In this document: positions 50,098 to 60,351 of the stretch, piece after piece | Layout of the letters: each line of letters begins with the position of its first letter | How positions within the stretch are numbered: position 1 is the first letter of the stretch | Source: Heteronotia binoei | Taxonomy: Eukaryota | Direction: 5' to 3' | NCBI RefSeq assembly: GCF_032191835.1 | Contig: NC_083226.1 | Location: 125,426,001 to 125,490,000 of the forward strand | Length of the DNA: 64,000 nt | Made by a program: the position numbers and the translations under genes | The notes under the pieces: generated by a model | Databases searched by the model: none | What the model was told of the DNA's origin: nothing | The model's input: only the letters and a program-made list of their open reading frames with translations

Positions 50098-51978
50098 AGG
50101 AACTATTTTAAAGAAACTAGTGTTGTTATTACATGCCCAGGCATGCCCCCATGAAATGAAGGGCTGGTGGTTGCAAGGGAGGAAGGAAGGGGGGCTGCAC
50201 TCTGATTAAATCTGGCAGCATTTTAAAATTCCTAGGATGGTTAGCCCTCATATTTACTGGCTGCTGTTTTAAAAAAAAAAGTTTGGGAAGGGAGAGCCTA
50301 ATTTTATATATATATATATTGCAGTGTATTCTGAAAAACTACTTACCCTCTTTCCCATGTGCTTCCTGAAAACATGACTGCTTCTTCTCTGAGATTGTGG
50401 GGAGGGGAGAAGAAGGGGGGAATTTTGCAGTCACATGGATGGAACCTGGTTACCTTTACAATTCATGCACAATTTCTATTGGATTAGCAAGTCACATGGA
50501 AGGGGGGAATCAATCACAGCTCTATTTCACACACAATAGTGGTCAGTTGTTAATTGAATTAGGCTGATTGGATCACATCCTTTTTGGCCAGAGGAGGAGG
50601 AGGTCAGACACATCTTTACCTTGAGGCTGCAGGTAAGCCATGTGTTACTCTTTTTTCTAAGTTATTAGAAATCAATACTTCATGTAATTTTGATTTAGGG
50701 GTGCTTAAAACAGACAAATTGTAGGCTTGTAAATTTGTGTTTGAATCCTTTTACTGCCTGTAAAGCAGCTGGTTTATGGCCTGTTTGTCCCAAGCATGCT
50801 TAATGGGAAGAAAAGGGGATCTACTCCTGTTTTTTAAATGTAACAGACATGTGCAAGCTGCAAGGATATTTAGCTACCCTTTATCGTGACTCTTTTGAAT
50901 GGCAGAGGTTTGTTTAATATATTTTATAATATGCTTTTTTTAAAAAGGCAGATTTCTTTCCTTTGACTGAAAATGAATGCCTGGGGGGGCAGGGAGGGGC
51001 GAGAGGAGCATGGGCTGTTTCAGTTTTTCTTGATTAGATTAAACGGCGAGTCAGATCCTTTTCCAGCTCACAGAGAGGCACTAAAGGGAGACTTTTTTAC
51101 CTTGAGGTGTTTGTTTGTCTTATGCTTCATAAACGGGGATAATAATTTAATGCTGGAAAAAGGTTTATTTGTGATCAGTCTTTTTCAATATTTTTTTGTA
51201 AATCTTAGGGGTGAAAAAGAACAAATATGGCAGAAGAAAAGTCTTCAAAAAACAAAGGTATATTTTGTATTCCTCTCTCAGTTTTAAAATTAGTTTGTGC
51301 TTGTTTTTATGAGGTGTGTGTGGTGGGGGATAATTTAAAAATGGGGTGGCTGCATTATATTTTATATTTTTTGCATTTTAATATGCAGGCCAGAAGAGGC
51401 CACATGGCTGTGAAACATATCGGACAATGATACACTCAAGAATACAATGTGGTAAATATTTGATTTGCCTTTGTGTGTGGGGTGGAGGCTGTTTTTCTGA
51501 ATGAATTTAAGTGTTTTTTCCTTTTTAAAAAACAAGTTTGTAATTTCATTTTGTGCTATAAGGGTGGGAGAGATGCCTATGAACCTAAAAGCAGATACTT
51601 ACAATCCTGGGGTTTTTTTTTATTGGACCAGCATGCCCCTGGCAAAGATGATGGTGGACCTTATAAAGAAAACATTCTTCCCTCATCCCTATTGGAAACC
51701 AAGAGATGCTTGAAACCACTGTCTGGTAAATTTTAAGTTTTGCTTAACTATTCTGGATTTTCATTTTAAAAGCAAGCTTAATGTTTAATTTTTATATGGT
51801 GAGGAAATGTTTTTTTTAACTTTGTACCTATGTGATAACTCTCCACTGTATATGAGAAAAGGCTCAAATCTGATGAAATACATGTGGGCTTTAAGCAAAA
51901 CATAGAAGGCCAGCAAACACTAGGGGGTGCTATGAAACACAAAAGAACCCTGAAAGTTGTTTATATGTATATATAAAG

Positions 51979-52488
51979 AAAACACACAAACCAAACTGAC
52001 TGTAAACACCTACAAAAGGATATTTTTGAACCACCCTCTAATAAACAGAAAATTGACAATGCTAATGTGGATGTGTCTTTTAGGGACAAATGTGAGCACA
52101 TGTTAAAATTCCTGGGGGCTACAACAGCTGGAATGCAAACACTTGCTGACCATGCAAACAGTTTTCAATCATTGGGTATAGACAGCTCCTGCAACCCCTT
52201 AATTGCTGCTTTTAAAGGCAGCCTTATGGGTTTCTGGAAAGGTTTTGAAATTATTTTACAAAGTGATTAAGGGAAAGGGGTGCAAGCCAGGTTAGAGGTT
52301 GTCAGCCCCGCATTAATATCACTACAGATGCACCTTTTAGCGAGATATGTGAGCATACGTTGAAATTGCTTGGCATTACAACAACTGCTGTGCAAATACT
52401 AAATGGCCAGGCCACAAGCTTTCATTCTTTGGGGCTAGATGGCTCTTGCAATCCCTTAAATGCTGCTTTAAAAGGCAGCCTCGTGGGT
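51979..52488 (+). pseudogene. Maverick coding segment with two tandem copies of a ~60-aa CEH...SCNPL module; copy 2 interrupted by CR1
   Basis: Copy 1 (52067-52270) DVSFRDKCEHMLKFLGATTAGMQTLADHANSFQSLGIDSSCNPLIAAFKGSLMGFWKGFEIILQS; copy 2 (52321-52488) DAPFSEICEHTLKLLGITTTAVQILNGQATSFHSLGLDGSCNPLNAALKGSLVG, resuming FWKCSERILQS at 53576. Confidence 0.7.
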
Positions 52489-52503
52489 GCTTTAAAAGGC
52501 AGC

Positions 52504-53575
52504 AGAGAGTGAGTATAAATGGGCAGTCTTCGCAGTGGAGGACGGTAAGCAGTGGGGTGCCACAGGGCTCGGTACTGGGTCCCATGCTCTTTAACTTGTT
52601 CATAAATGATTTAGAGTTGGGAGTGAGCAGTGAAGTGGCCAAGTTTGCGGATGACACTAAATTGTTCAGGGTGGTGAGAACCAGAGAGGATTGTGAGGAA
52701 CTCCAAAGGGATCTGTTGAGGCTGGGTGAGTGGGCGTCAACGTGGCAGATGCGGTTCAATGTGGCCAAGTGCAAAGTAATGCACATTGGGGCTAAGAATC
52801 CCAGCTACAAATACAAGTTGATGGGGTGTGAACTGGCAGAGACTGATCAAGAGAGAGATCTTGGGGTCATGATAGATAACTCACTGAAAGTGTCAAGACA
52901 GTGTGCGTTTGCAATAAAAAAGGCCAATGCCATGCTGGGAATTATTAGGAAGGGAATTGAAAACAAATCAGCCAGTATCATAATGCCCCTGTATAAATCA
53001 ATGGTGCGGTCTCATTTGGAGTACTGTGTGCAGTTCTGGTCGCCGCACCTCAAAAAGGATATTATAGCTTTAGAGAAGGTGCAGAGAAGGGCAACTAGAA
53101 TGATTAAAGGGCTGGAGCACTTTCCCTATGAAGAAAGGTTGAAACGCTTGGGACTCTTTAGCTTGGAGAAACGTCGACTGCGGGGTTACATGATAGAGGT
53201 TTACAAGATAATGCATGGAATGGAGAAAGTAGAGAAAGAAGTACTTTTCTCCCTTTCTCACAATACAAGAACTCGTGGGCATTCGATGAAATTGCTGAGC
53301 AGACAGGTTAAAACGGATAAAAGGAAGTACTTTTTCACCCAAAGGGTGATTAACATGTGGAATTCACTGCCACAGGAGGTGGTGGCGGCCACAAGTATAG
53401 CCACCTTCAAGAGGGGTTTAGATAAGAATATGGAGCACAGGTCCATCAGTGGCTATTAGCCACAGTGTATGTGTGTATATAACATTTTTTGCCACTGTGT
53501 GACACAGAGTGTTGGACTTGATGGGCCGTTGGCCTGATCCAACATGGCTTCTCTTATGTTCTTATGTTCTTATGT
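52504..53575 (+). mobile_element. 5'-truncated young CR1 LINE inserted in the Maverick
   Basis: Uninterrupted RT C-terminus (GVPQGSVLGPMLFNLFINDL, FADDTKL, YCVQFWSPHLKKDI, LFSLEKRRLRG) to the stop at 53459; 3' UTR ending in a (TTCTTATG)3 tail; CpGs retained. Confidence 0.95.
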
Positions 53576-53796
53576 TTCTGGAAATGTTCTGAAAGAATTT
53601 TACAAAGTTATACTGTATGCCCAAATGGGGGGGGGCCCTGCAGATAGGTGTGGGGCAGGTCAGAGGGCCTTGTCACGCACACCAAAGGAAAAGCAAGCAT
53701 TTGAAACTGAGAAAGGTTTGGCAAAGAGTCCTACAAAAGTGCTTCAAGAATGCAAAAAAGTTTAAATCTAGACAAAAAAGAAGTGACTCTCTTTAA

Positions 53797-56700
53797 AGGT
53801 TTTTTAGCAGAGTCAGGGCCTCTGAGAGATCAAATGTTAACACAGGTAATGGTGCCTCTCTCAGCACAGAGGTAGAGCCTGTCACCACCTCCATTTTGCC
53901 AAATAACAATGCAGTCCCTGTCTCTGAGTGTCCAAATGATAATTCAGTTCATGGTTCCCCTCTCAGCGCAGATGTAGAGCCTGTTGCCACCTCCAATTTG
54001 CCAAATAACAATGCTGCTGCTGAACAAGGCCCCTCATCACCCCCACAAAAACTGTCCCCTAGCCCTGACACTCCAAAGGTTAACCTAGAAAAAGTTGGAG
54101 AGTGGGAACGACATCTTGCAAACTTGCCAATGGATCAGTATTCAGAGGCCTTCAGGTTTGTAAACTTAGAGCAGTTAAGCCACCCCGTCCTCATACAACA
54201 GGCAATACAGGGCCTTCTTAATGATATGAAAGCCAGAGTCCAGGATGGTGATTTAGTACAGCTCCATATAAATGAGGCGGGCCTAAGCAGTGCCCTGCAT
54301 TCTGTAGGGAGGCCCGTGGGTGGCAAATCTCATGCAGAATAATGTCGAAATTGATCTTCATGGCACCCTGCACTTAATTATGACGGTAATAAGGAATAGA
54401 GGGGGGAGAGGGAAGAGAGTTATAAGTACTGTCCTCTATAGTGAAGTTATCAAAAAGAAGCAGCTGCATTTATTAAAACCAGATCATGGCAATCGTATTC
54501 TTTGCTTTGGCATAAGCCTCACTGGTGTTATGTCAAAGACGTTGGTAGCCATCCCCAAATTTACAGAAAGGGCATGGCTGTTGTACAGAGAGCTTGGGTT
54601 TTCAGATGAGCAGGAGATATTATCGGATGTTGCCACCTTTGAAAAGCATTTAAAGGTAAAATATAGCTGTGGTATTGAATGGTGGTAAAGGTTGGGAAAT
54701 TTTTATGGAATAATTAATTTGAAAGGGTTTTATGGAAAGAAACATTATTGTCAGGTTTGTGGTGATATTTATAGCCATTCACACCTGTGTAAATACAGCT
54801 GTCACATGTGCTTGGACCCTAAATGTAGTCCTCAGCAAGAGGTAAAAAGCAATAACTGCAAAGTATATTGTAAATCCTGGATCTGCCTTGAAGAACACAG
54901 GGATGTGCCAGACATCTGCAAAACCAAAATATATTGTAAATCATGCCAATCCTATGCTCCAAAGAAAAACACTTGCCGTGTTCGCTGGTGTAAGCAATGC
55001 AAAGAGCCTGTTGGGGATATAAATAGCCACCGCTGTTTCATGCCTCCTCTTAAAAAGGTTGAAATTGGCAACAATTATATTTTTTATGATTTTGAATGTA
55101 TGCAAGAGACTGGCATACTTATTCCAAATTATATCTATGCAATGGGGCTAGAGGAAAGTGATACCTGGGAATTCAAAGGAGAGGGCTGTGTGTCAAGCTT
55201 TGTTAAAAAAATCATCAACAACAAATTCAAGAATTATAACTTCCTAGCGCATAATGCAAAGGGGTATGATAATTACTTTATCATTAGGCAATTATTAGGA
55301 GAAAAGATGGAAGTTGACCTTCTTACGCAAGGGGGGAAGCTCATGTGCATCACAGTTAAGAAGCTAGGCATCAGATTTCTGGATAGCTTAAACTTCTTGC
55401 CAATGAAGCTGGCCAAATTGCCGCAGGCCATGGGCTTCTCTGGATGTAAGGGGTTCTTCCCCCATTACTTTAACACTGATGCTAATTGGGAGTATGTTGG
55501 GACAATGCCTAGGATGGAGGATTATGGTGTTGATAGCATGATGAAGGGTGAGAAAGCAGTTTTTTCCTGGTACATGGAGAACAAAAACAATGAATTTAAC
55601 CTACAAAAAGATCTGGCCTATTATTGTCAACAGGATGTTAAAATCCTGAGAAAGGCCTGTCTCTTGTACAGGGAGGAAATTATATCCATGTCAGGAATTG
55701 ACCCCTTTAACCACATAACTCTCAATGGGGTGTGCATGGCAACATATAGGCACATGTTTTTGAAATCTGATACAATTGCCCTCCTGCCACATGACCATTA
55801 CCACAGGCAAGAAAAGCGTTTTTCAACCCCATCCATATAGTGGCTAATGTATATCGAGCACAAGGAGGGTCTCCAGACATAGCATGCCCTGAGTCCGCTT
55901 GCGGAGAGGGCGGGATATAAATGCAAAGTAATAAATAAATAAATTAATAAATAAAATAAAGGTGGCAAGCTAAAAGCAGGAAATTATTTTCTTGATGGTT
56001 ATGCGGTGGTTGGGGGGTAGCCAACAACCTTTGAATTTAATGGGTGCTTTTTCCATGGTTGCCCCACATGCTACAGCCCCAGTGATAGAAACCCATTGAC
56101 AGATTCATCCTTTGCTGACTTACACTATAGAACCCTGAGGAAAGAAAGTTACCTGAAAAGCCAGGGATATGCTGTGGGAACACGAGTGGAGGGAGATGGT
56201 GACAGCTGACAGGGAGCTTGGAGGCTTTCTGAGTGAGAAGAAATTTCCATCACTGCTGCTCCCTAGAGATGCTCTATTTGGGGGGGCAGAACAAATGCCA
56301 TTTGCTTCTATTACAATGCTGAAGCTGGTGAAAAAATACATTACTATGATTTCACCAGCCTGTACCCTTTTGTCAACAAGACAAAGAAATATCCAATTGG
56401 ACACTCCCAAATTATTTATAAGGACTTTGCCCCAGTATCTGAATACTTTAGCCTGGTCAAACTGAAGGTGGTGCCACCTCAAGGTCTCTTTTTCCCTGTA
56501 TTACCCTACAAGGTGGAAGGCAAACACATGTGCAGAGACTAAGCAACAAGAGCATTGTATGCATTCTTCACTGAAAGAGTGCTAGAAGGCGTGTGGTGCA
56601 CAGTGGAACTGATGAAGGCCCTCAAGAAGGGGTATCAGATCATGTCTATTAGTGAGGTGTGGCATTTTGAGGAAAGCTCTGAAGACCTGTTTTCTGAATA

Positions 56701-57531
56701 CATTAAAGTGCACCTCCACCAAAAACAGGAGTCTTCTGACTATCCTAGCTGGTGTACAGATGAGGGGGAAAGGGCCAAATACATACAGGATTACCTAGAG
56801 AAAGTTGCATTCTGAACACTTAGCTGTCAATCCTGCAAAGAGGCAGATTGCAAAATTATTTTTAAATTCCTTGTGGGGCAAGTTTGGCCAGCGTTCAAAC
56901 TTGGTAAACACTACCATAGTGAGGGATGCTACCAAGCTTCTAGAATTTGCCTTTTCTCCAGCATATGATGTGTCAGGGTTTGAGATAATTGATGATGAAA
57001 CAGCAAGCGTGTCCTGGAAACACACAAAAGATACAATTACCTTATTTGGCAACACGAATGTTCTGATTGCCTGTTTTACAACATCCTATGCATGGTTAGA
57101 ATTGTATAAAATTTTAGATAGGCTGCAAGACCCATTCAGTCATTTTTGTCAGTAGGGAGGGGGATTTTATTCCAGCTCTGAGATTATTTAGGAGATCTCA
57201 CATCTGAACTCCCACCAGATGAGCATATCACAGAGTTCACATCAGCAGGTCCTAAAACCTATGGTTACAAATTGTCAGGTGGAAAGGTGTACATGAAAGC
57301 CAAAGGCATCACCCTCAACGTTAAAAAATTAACTTTAACACCTTGAAGGACCTGGTCTTAGATTACACTGCCGAGCAGGCATCTAAAGAGATCACAGTCC
57401 AGCAACCCTCCATCATAAGGAAAAAGAATCAGTGGTTTATTGAGACAGGGCCACTTAAGAAAACCCTCAAAGTTGTTTATGATAAGAGGGTCCTTGTGGA
57501 CAAAAACAGAACATTGCCACATGGTTTTTAA
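53797..57531 (+). pseudogene. pPolB: Protein-primed family B DNA polymerase (pPolB), fragmented
   Basis: Cys-rich N-terminal region; ExoI YIFYDFE, ExoII AHNAKGYD, FLDSLNFLPMKL, ExoIII YCQQDVKIL; inserted FEFNGCFFHGCPTC domain; motif A YDFTSLYP (~56350); motif B KLFLNSLWGKFGQR (~56850); KTYG; C-terminal LPHGF*. Many stops and frameshifts; the motif C YxDTD appears deleted near 57130. 5' limit uncertain. Confidence 0.95.
55885..55960 (+). mobile_element. L2/SINE 3'-tail fragment inserted in pPolB
   Basis: GCCCTGAGTCCGCTTGCGGAGAGGGCGGGATATAAAT plus an (AAAT)n tail; the same family occurs inverted at about 41765-41822. It splits the polB HAL/GG junction. Confidence 0.8.
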
Positions 57532-57532
57532 A

Positions 57533-58222
57533 ATGGATGTATGGTGGAAACATCCATTTTCTGCAGTACTGGCAGGGCCTAGCAATTGTGGCAAGAGCAT
57601 CTTTGTAAAAAGTATTTTGGACAATGCTCAACATATGCTTTCTGTATCACCTGATAATGTCATATGGTTTTATAGTTGTTGGCAGAATCTGTATGACAAA
57701 ATCCTCTGTAAATTCATGTCTGTAAAGTTTGTTGAAGGGCTGCCTGAAACCCTAAATGATAATCAACTGTTACCCACTAAGAAAGTAAGTCTGATTATAG
57801 TGGATGATTTGATGGACTCTGCTTGTCAATACCCTGAAATTGAGAGAGCCTTTACCAAATATGTGCATCATCGAAATCTGAGCGTTATATTTATTACTCA
57901 GAATATTTTCTTTTGTGGAAAAAGCACCAGAACCATAAGCTTAAATACAGAATACCTGGTTCTGTTTAAAAACCCCAGGGACAAATTACAGATTGCTACT
58001 CTGGCCTGCCAAATGTACCCGGGGAAGTCCCAATTCTTTCTGGAGGCCTTTGAGGATGCAACACAAAAATTTTATGGGTATCTGGTGGTGGTTTTAAATG
58101 TGTGCATACCAGATTCATTGAGGTTAAGAACAAGGCTTTTCCTGCCCCAGAGGGCTGCTGCATATGTCTTAAAAACAAAACAAGCACCCAGTGGGCACAA
58201 AATGAAACAGACGGTACACTAA
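57533..58222 (+). CDS. ATP: FtsK/HerA-family genome packaging ATPase (open frame, 229 aa)
   Basis: MDVWWKHPFSAVLAGPSNCGKS (Walker A), LIIVDDLM (Walker B), HHRNLSVIFITQN, LFKNPRD, YGYLVV; starts 2 nt after the polB stop. Confidence 0.93.
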   Translation: MDVWWKHPFSAVLAGPSNCGKSIFVKSILDNAQHMLSVSPDNVIWFYSCWQNLYDKILCKFMSVKFVEGLPETLNDNQLLPTKKVSLIIVDDLMDSACQYPEIERAFTKYVHHRNLSVIFITQNIFFCGKSTRTISLNTEYLVLFKNPRDKLQIATLACQMYPGKSQFFLEAFEDATQKFYGYLVVVLNVCIPDSLRLRTRLFLPQRAAAYVLKTKQAPSGHKMKQTVH

Positions 58223-58242
58223 ACATCCTGCGAAGGGTCAAC

Positions 58243-58570
58243 ATGTCCAGCTGTATAAAGAGGAATGTGCTCCTCCTAAAACTACTATCAAAACAACCCC
58301 ACAACAAAAGAAAGCCATTCTATGCTCAGCTTCAGATGATCTGGTCACAGCTATCTCAGAAATTGCACTCAATACTTTAAAAAGGAACATTCCTCTTTCA
58401 CCACGTCAGGTGTGCATGTTGAGGAAAAGGTGAAATTTCATTAAAAAACTTAGTAACAAGAGAGTACCACTGAAAAAGAAGAAACAGCTGGTGAAACAAT
58501 CTGGCGGATTTATAGGGCCTCTGTTAAGCTTTGCTATTCTCTCTTAACTGGCCTTTTAACAAGCAGGTGA
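58243..58570 (+). pseudogene. Small basic conserved Maverick protein ending QSGGFIGPLLSFAI(P)LLTGLL; frameshifted
   Basis: Reconstruction MSSCIKRNVLLLKLLSK/TPQQKKAILCSASDDLVTAISEIALNTLKRNIPLSPRQ..KR*NFIKKLSNKRVPLKKKKQLVKQSGGF... needs two 1-nt corrections. Its TGA overlaps the next ATG (TGATG at 58568-58572). Confidence 0.75.
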
Positions 58571-59269
58571 TGGAATATGCAGAAAAAATGTACTTGGTTC
58601 CTAGCCATCAGCTGGAACAATTAAGGAACCCCCCTCCCTTTAAGGAGGAGAACATCAGAGCCCATGCAATGCATTCCCTAGATATTGAAATGAAGGCTGT
58701 TCTCCAAAGGCAAGATTTAACAGAGTTTCAAAAAGTAAGCCTATTTGAAACTCTGCTGCAAAAATATTTAGCTCATGTGAAGCAGGGGGAAACTGAAAAA
58801 TCTAAACTGAACCTGTTTCTGCCTCAGCCAGAGACAGCCTCTGAAGAAACCAATACGAGTTCTGATGGTCTTCCAATAAATAATAGACAGCTTGCCTGAC
58901 AGGTTTAAGAACCATGCAAAGATGCTGTTAAACAAAATGAAACAGAACAAAAATTTTTCTTCTTGGGATGGCAATGGAACCTTTGTATATCGAGGTGAAA
59001 ATACAAAGGGATCTCATCTTATGGATTTGGTGAAGGCCATCACTTTAACACATGATCTGCCTAGTCATCACAAGCCTAAAGACTGGGATGTTTTCATGAA
59101 GGCTTTGGCTGAACTAAATGTGCCATCTTCTGTTGTGGGCAACACTGGTAATCGCCATGCTTTGGAATACCTAAAGAACCCCGCCTCCATTCCAGAGATT
59201 TCACAGCTGTCTTGCAGAGCATCTAAAAAACACAAAGCTGTCACACACCCTGGCTGGATAACCTTGTAA
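58570..59269 (+). pseudogene. Conserved uncharacterised Maverick protein (PW-type, tentative), one frameshift near 58885
   Basis: MEYAEKMYLVP..LDIEMKAVLQRQDL..QKYL joined to SWDGNGTFVYRG..GSHLMDLV..KPKDWDVFMKALAELNVPSSVVGN..WITL*; followed by AATAAA at 59277. Confidence 0.7.
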
Positions 59270-59276
59270 TCATGTA

Positions 59277-59371
59277 AATAAATGTTTTTTAATTGAAAGA
59301 AATTTTGTTTGTTTAGTTTTTTTTTAAGTGAACAGACAAAAGGGTTTAAGCCCACAAGGGGGTGCTTTATT
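59277..59371. terminator. Convergent polyadenylation signals between the two Maverick gene blocks
   Basis: + strand AATAAA at 59277-59282; - strand AATAAA (TTTATT) at 59366-59371. Confidence 0.7.
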
Positions 59372-59397
59372 GAAATACAATGTTGTTGTTGTGGAAC

Positions 59398-59917
59398 TCA
59401 CTGCAAGATGCACAGGCCTGGGGTTGCACAAAGAAGTTTAGAGCATGTCTGGGCATGCCGGGTTTTTTTACAAATTGCTCCACTATTTGGTCATTCTGTG
59501 CTTAATCATCAGAGTACAGCTCTTGAATCTGTTCAAAAGAAAGCCCTTTACTGCACAACTGTAGAAAAATATGCAGTGATATCCACAGACCACAGAATAA
59601 GATGTCTGTAGTTGCCTGGGTTGGAATGCAGTCTCATTGGCATTTTTTCTCAAAAATCTCACAATGGATTTAGGAAATAAAACACTGCTAGGCGCATGTC
59701 CATACAAATCAAAGAACTTGCTGCATCCATCCTCTGTCAAGTATATGGTAAACCAATATTCTCCAGGGAGGTCATGTGGGTGGGTATTTACAACTAGCCC
59801 TGCTGGTCTTTGATCCACTCTCTGTTTGGGGAGCCAGTCGCTTGGATACACTCCCAAGAAAGTCTTTTTGGTGTAGGGGTTAGTAGATAACACAGTTGTT
59901 AGCTGCAGGATGTCCAT
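59398..59917 (-). pseudogene. PRO: Adenain-like cysteine protease
   Basis: MDILQL..FLGVYPSDWLP..VNTHPHDLPGEYW..FFDLYG..QLQTSYSVVCGYHCIFF. The catalytic His of the usual GxHW reads as Tyr; frameshift after CIFF; 3' end approximate. Confidence 0.9.
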
Positions 59918-59918
59918 G

Positions 59919-60347
59919 TGGTCAGAGTTGTTGAAGCAGTGACCACTGGACTCACCAGTCACAGGGAGCAGTCCCAAAGAAGACACTCGAAACAGACAGC
60001 AGGTTAAACAAACTGCATTGGGTTCAGGCAAGTAACAGAGTCAGTAGGCATCCAAGAGTCATACACTTACACACAAGTAGAGCCAGGCAGAGGTACAAAT
60101 ACAGAGTCCAAGAGAGTAGTCATTACACGGTCCAAAGTCATCACTCCAATATTGATCATCCAAACAGTATGCCACGCTAGTATCGTTCTTTCCCTAACCC
60201 ACAGTGAACTGGTAGCTGGCTACTGTATTTCAATCACAATGCAAACTGGTTAAGTGGCCTACACCTGACAACAATGTACCACCTGTAGTCAAGGATGACT
60301 CAATTCCAGACAGTTCCAAGTTTCCTTAAAGGAATAGGACACTGTCA
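59919..60347. mobile_element. Probable solo LTR (429 bp) with 4-bp TSD CATG
   Basis: Begins TG (59919) and ends CA (60347); CATG on both sides (59915-18 and 60348-51). Removing it abuts the MCP stop to the protease ATG. Confidence 0.75.
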
Positions 60348-60351
60348 CATG

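Noticed and set aside
57440-57532. N-terminal extension of the ATPase in the ORF track, and similar extensions for PRO (60031) and mCP (62890)
   Set aside because: They overlap the neighbouring gene or the LTR insertion; homology starts at ATG 57533, 59917 and 62869.
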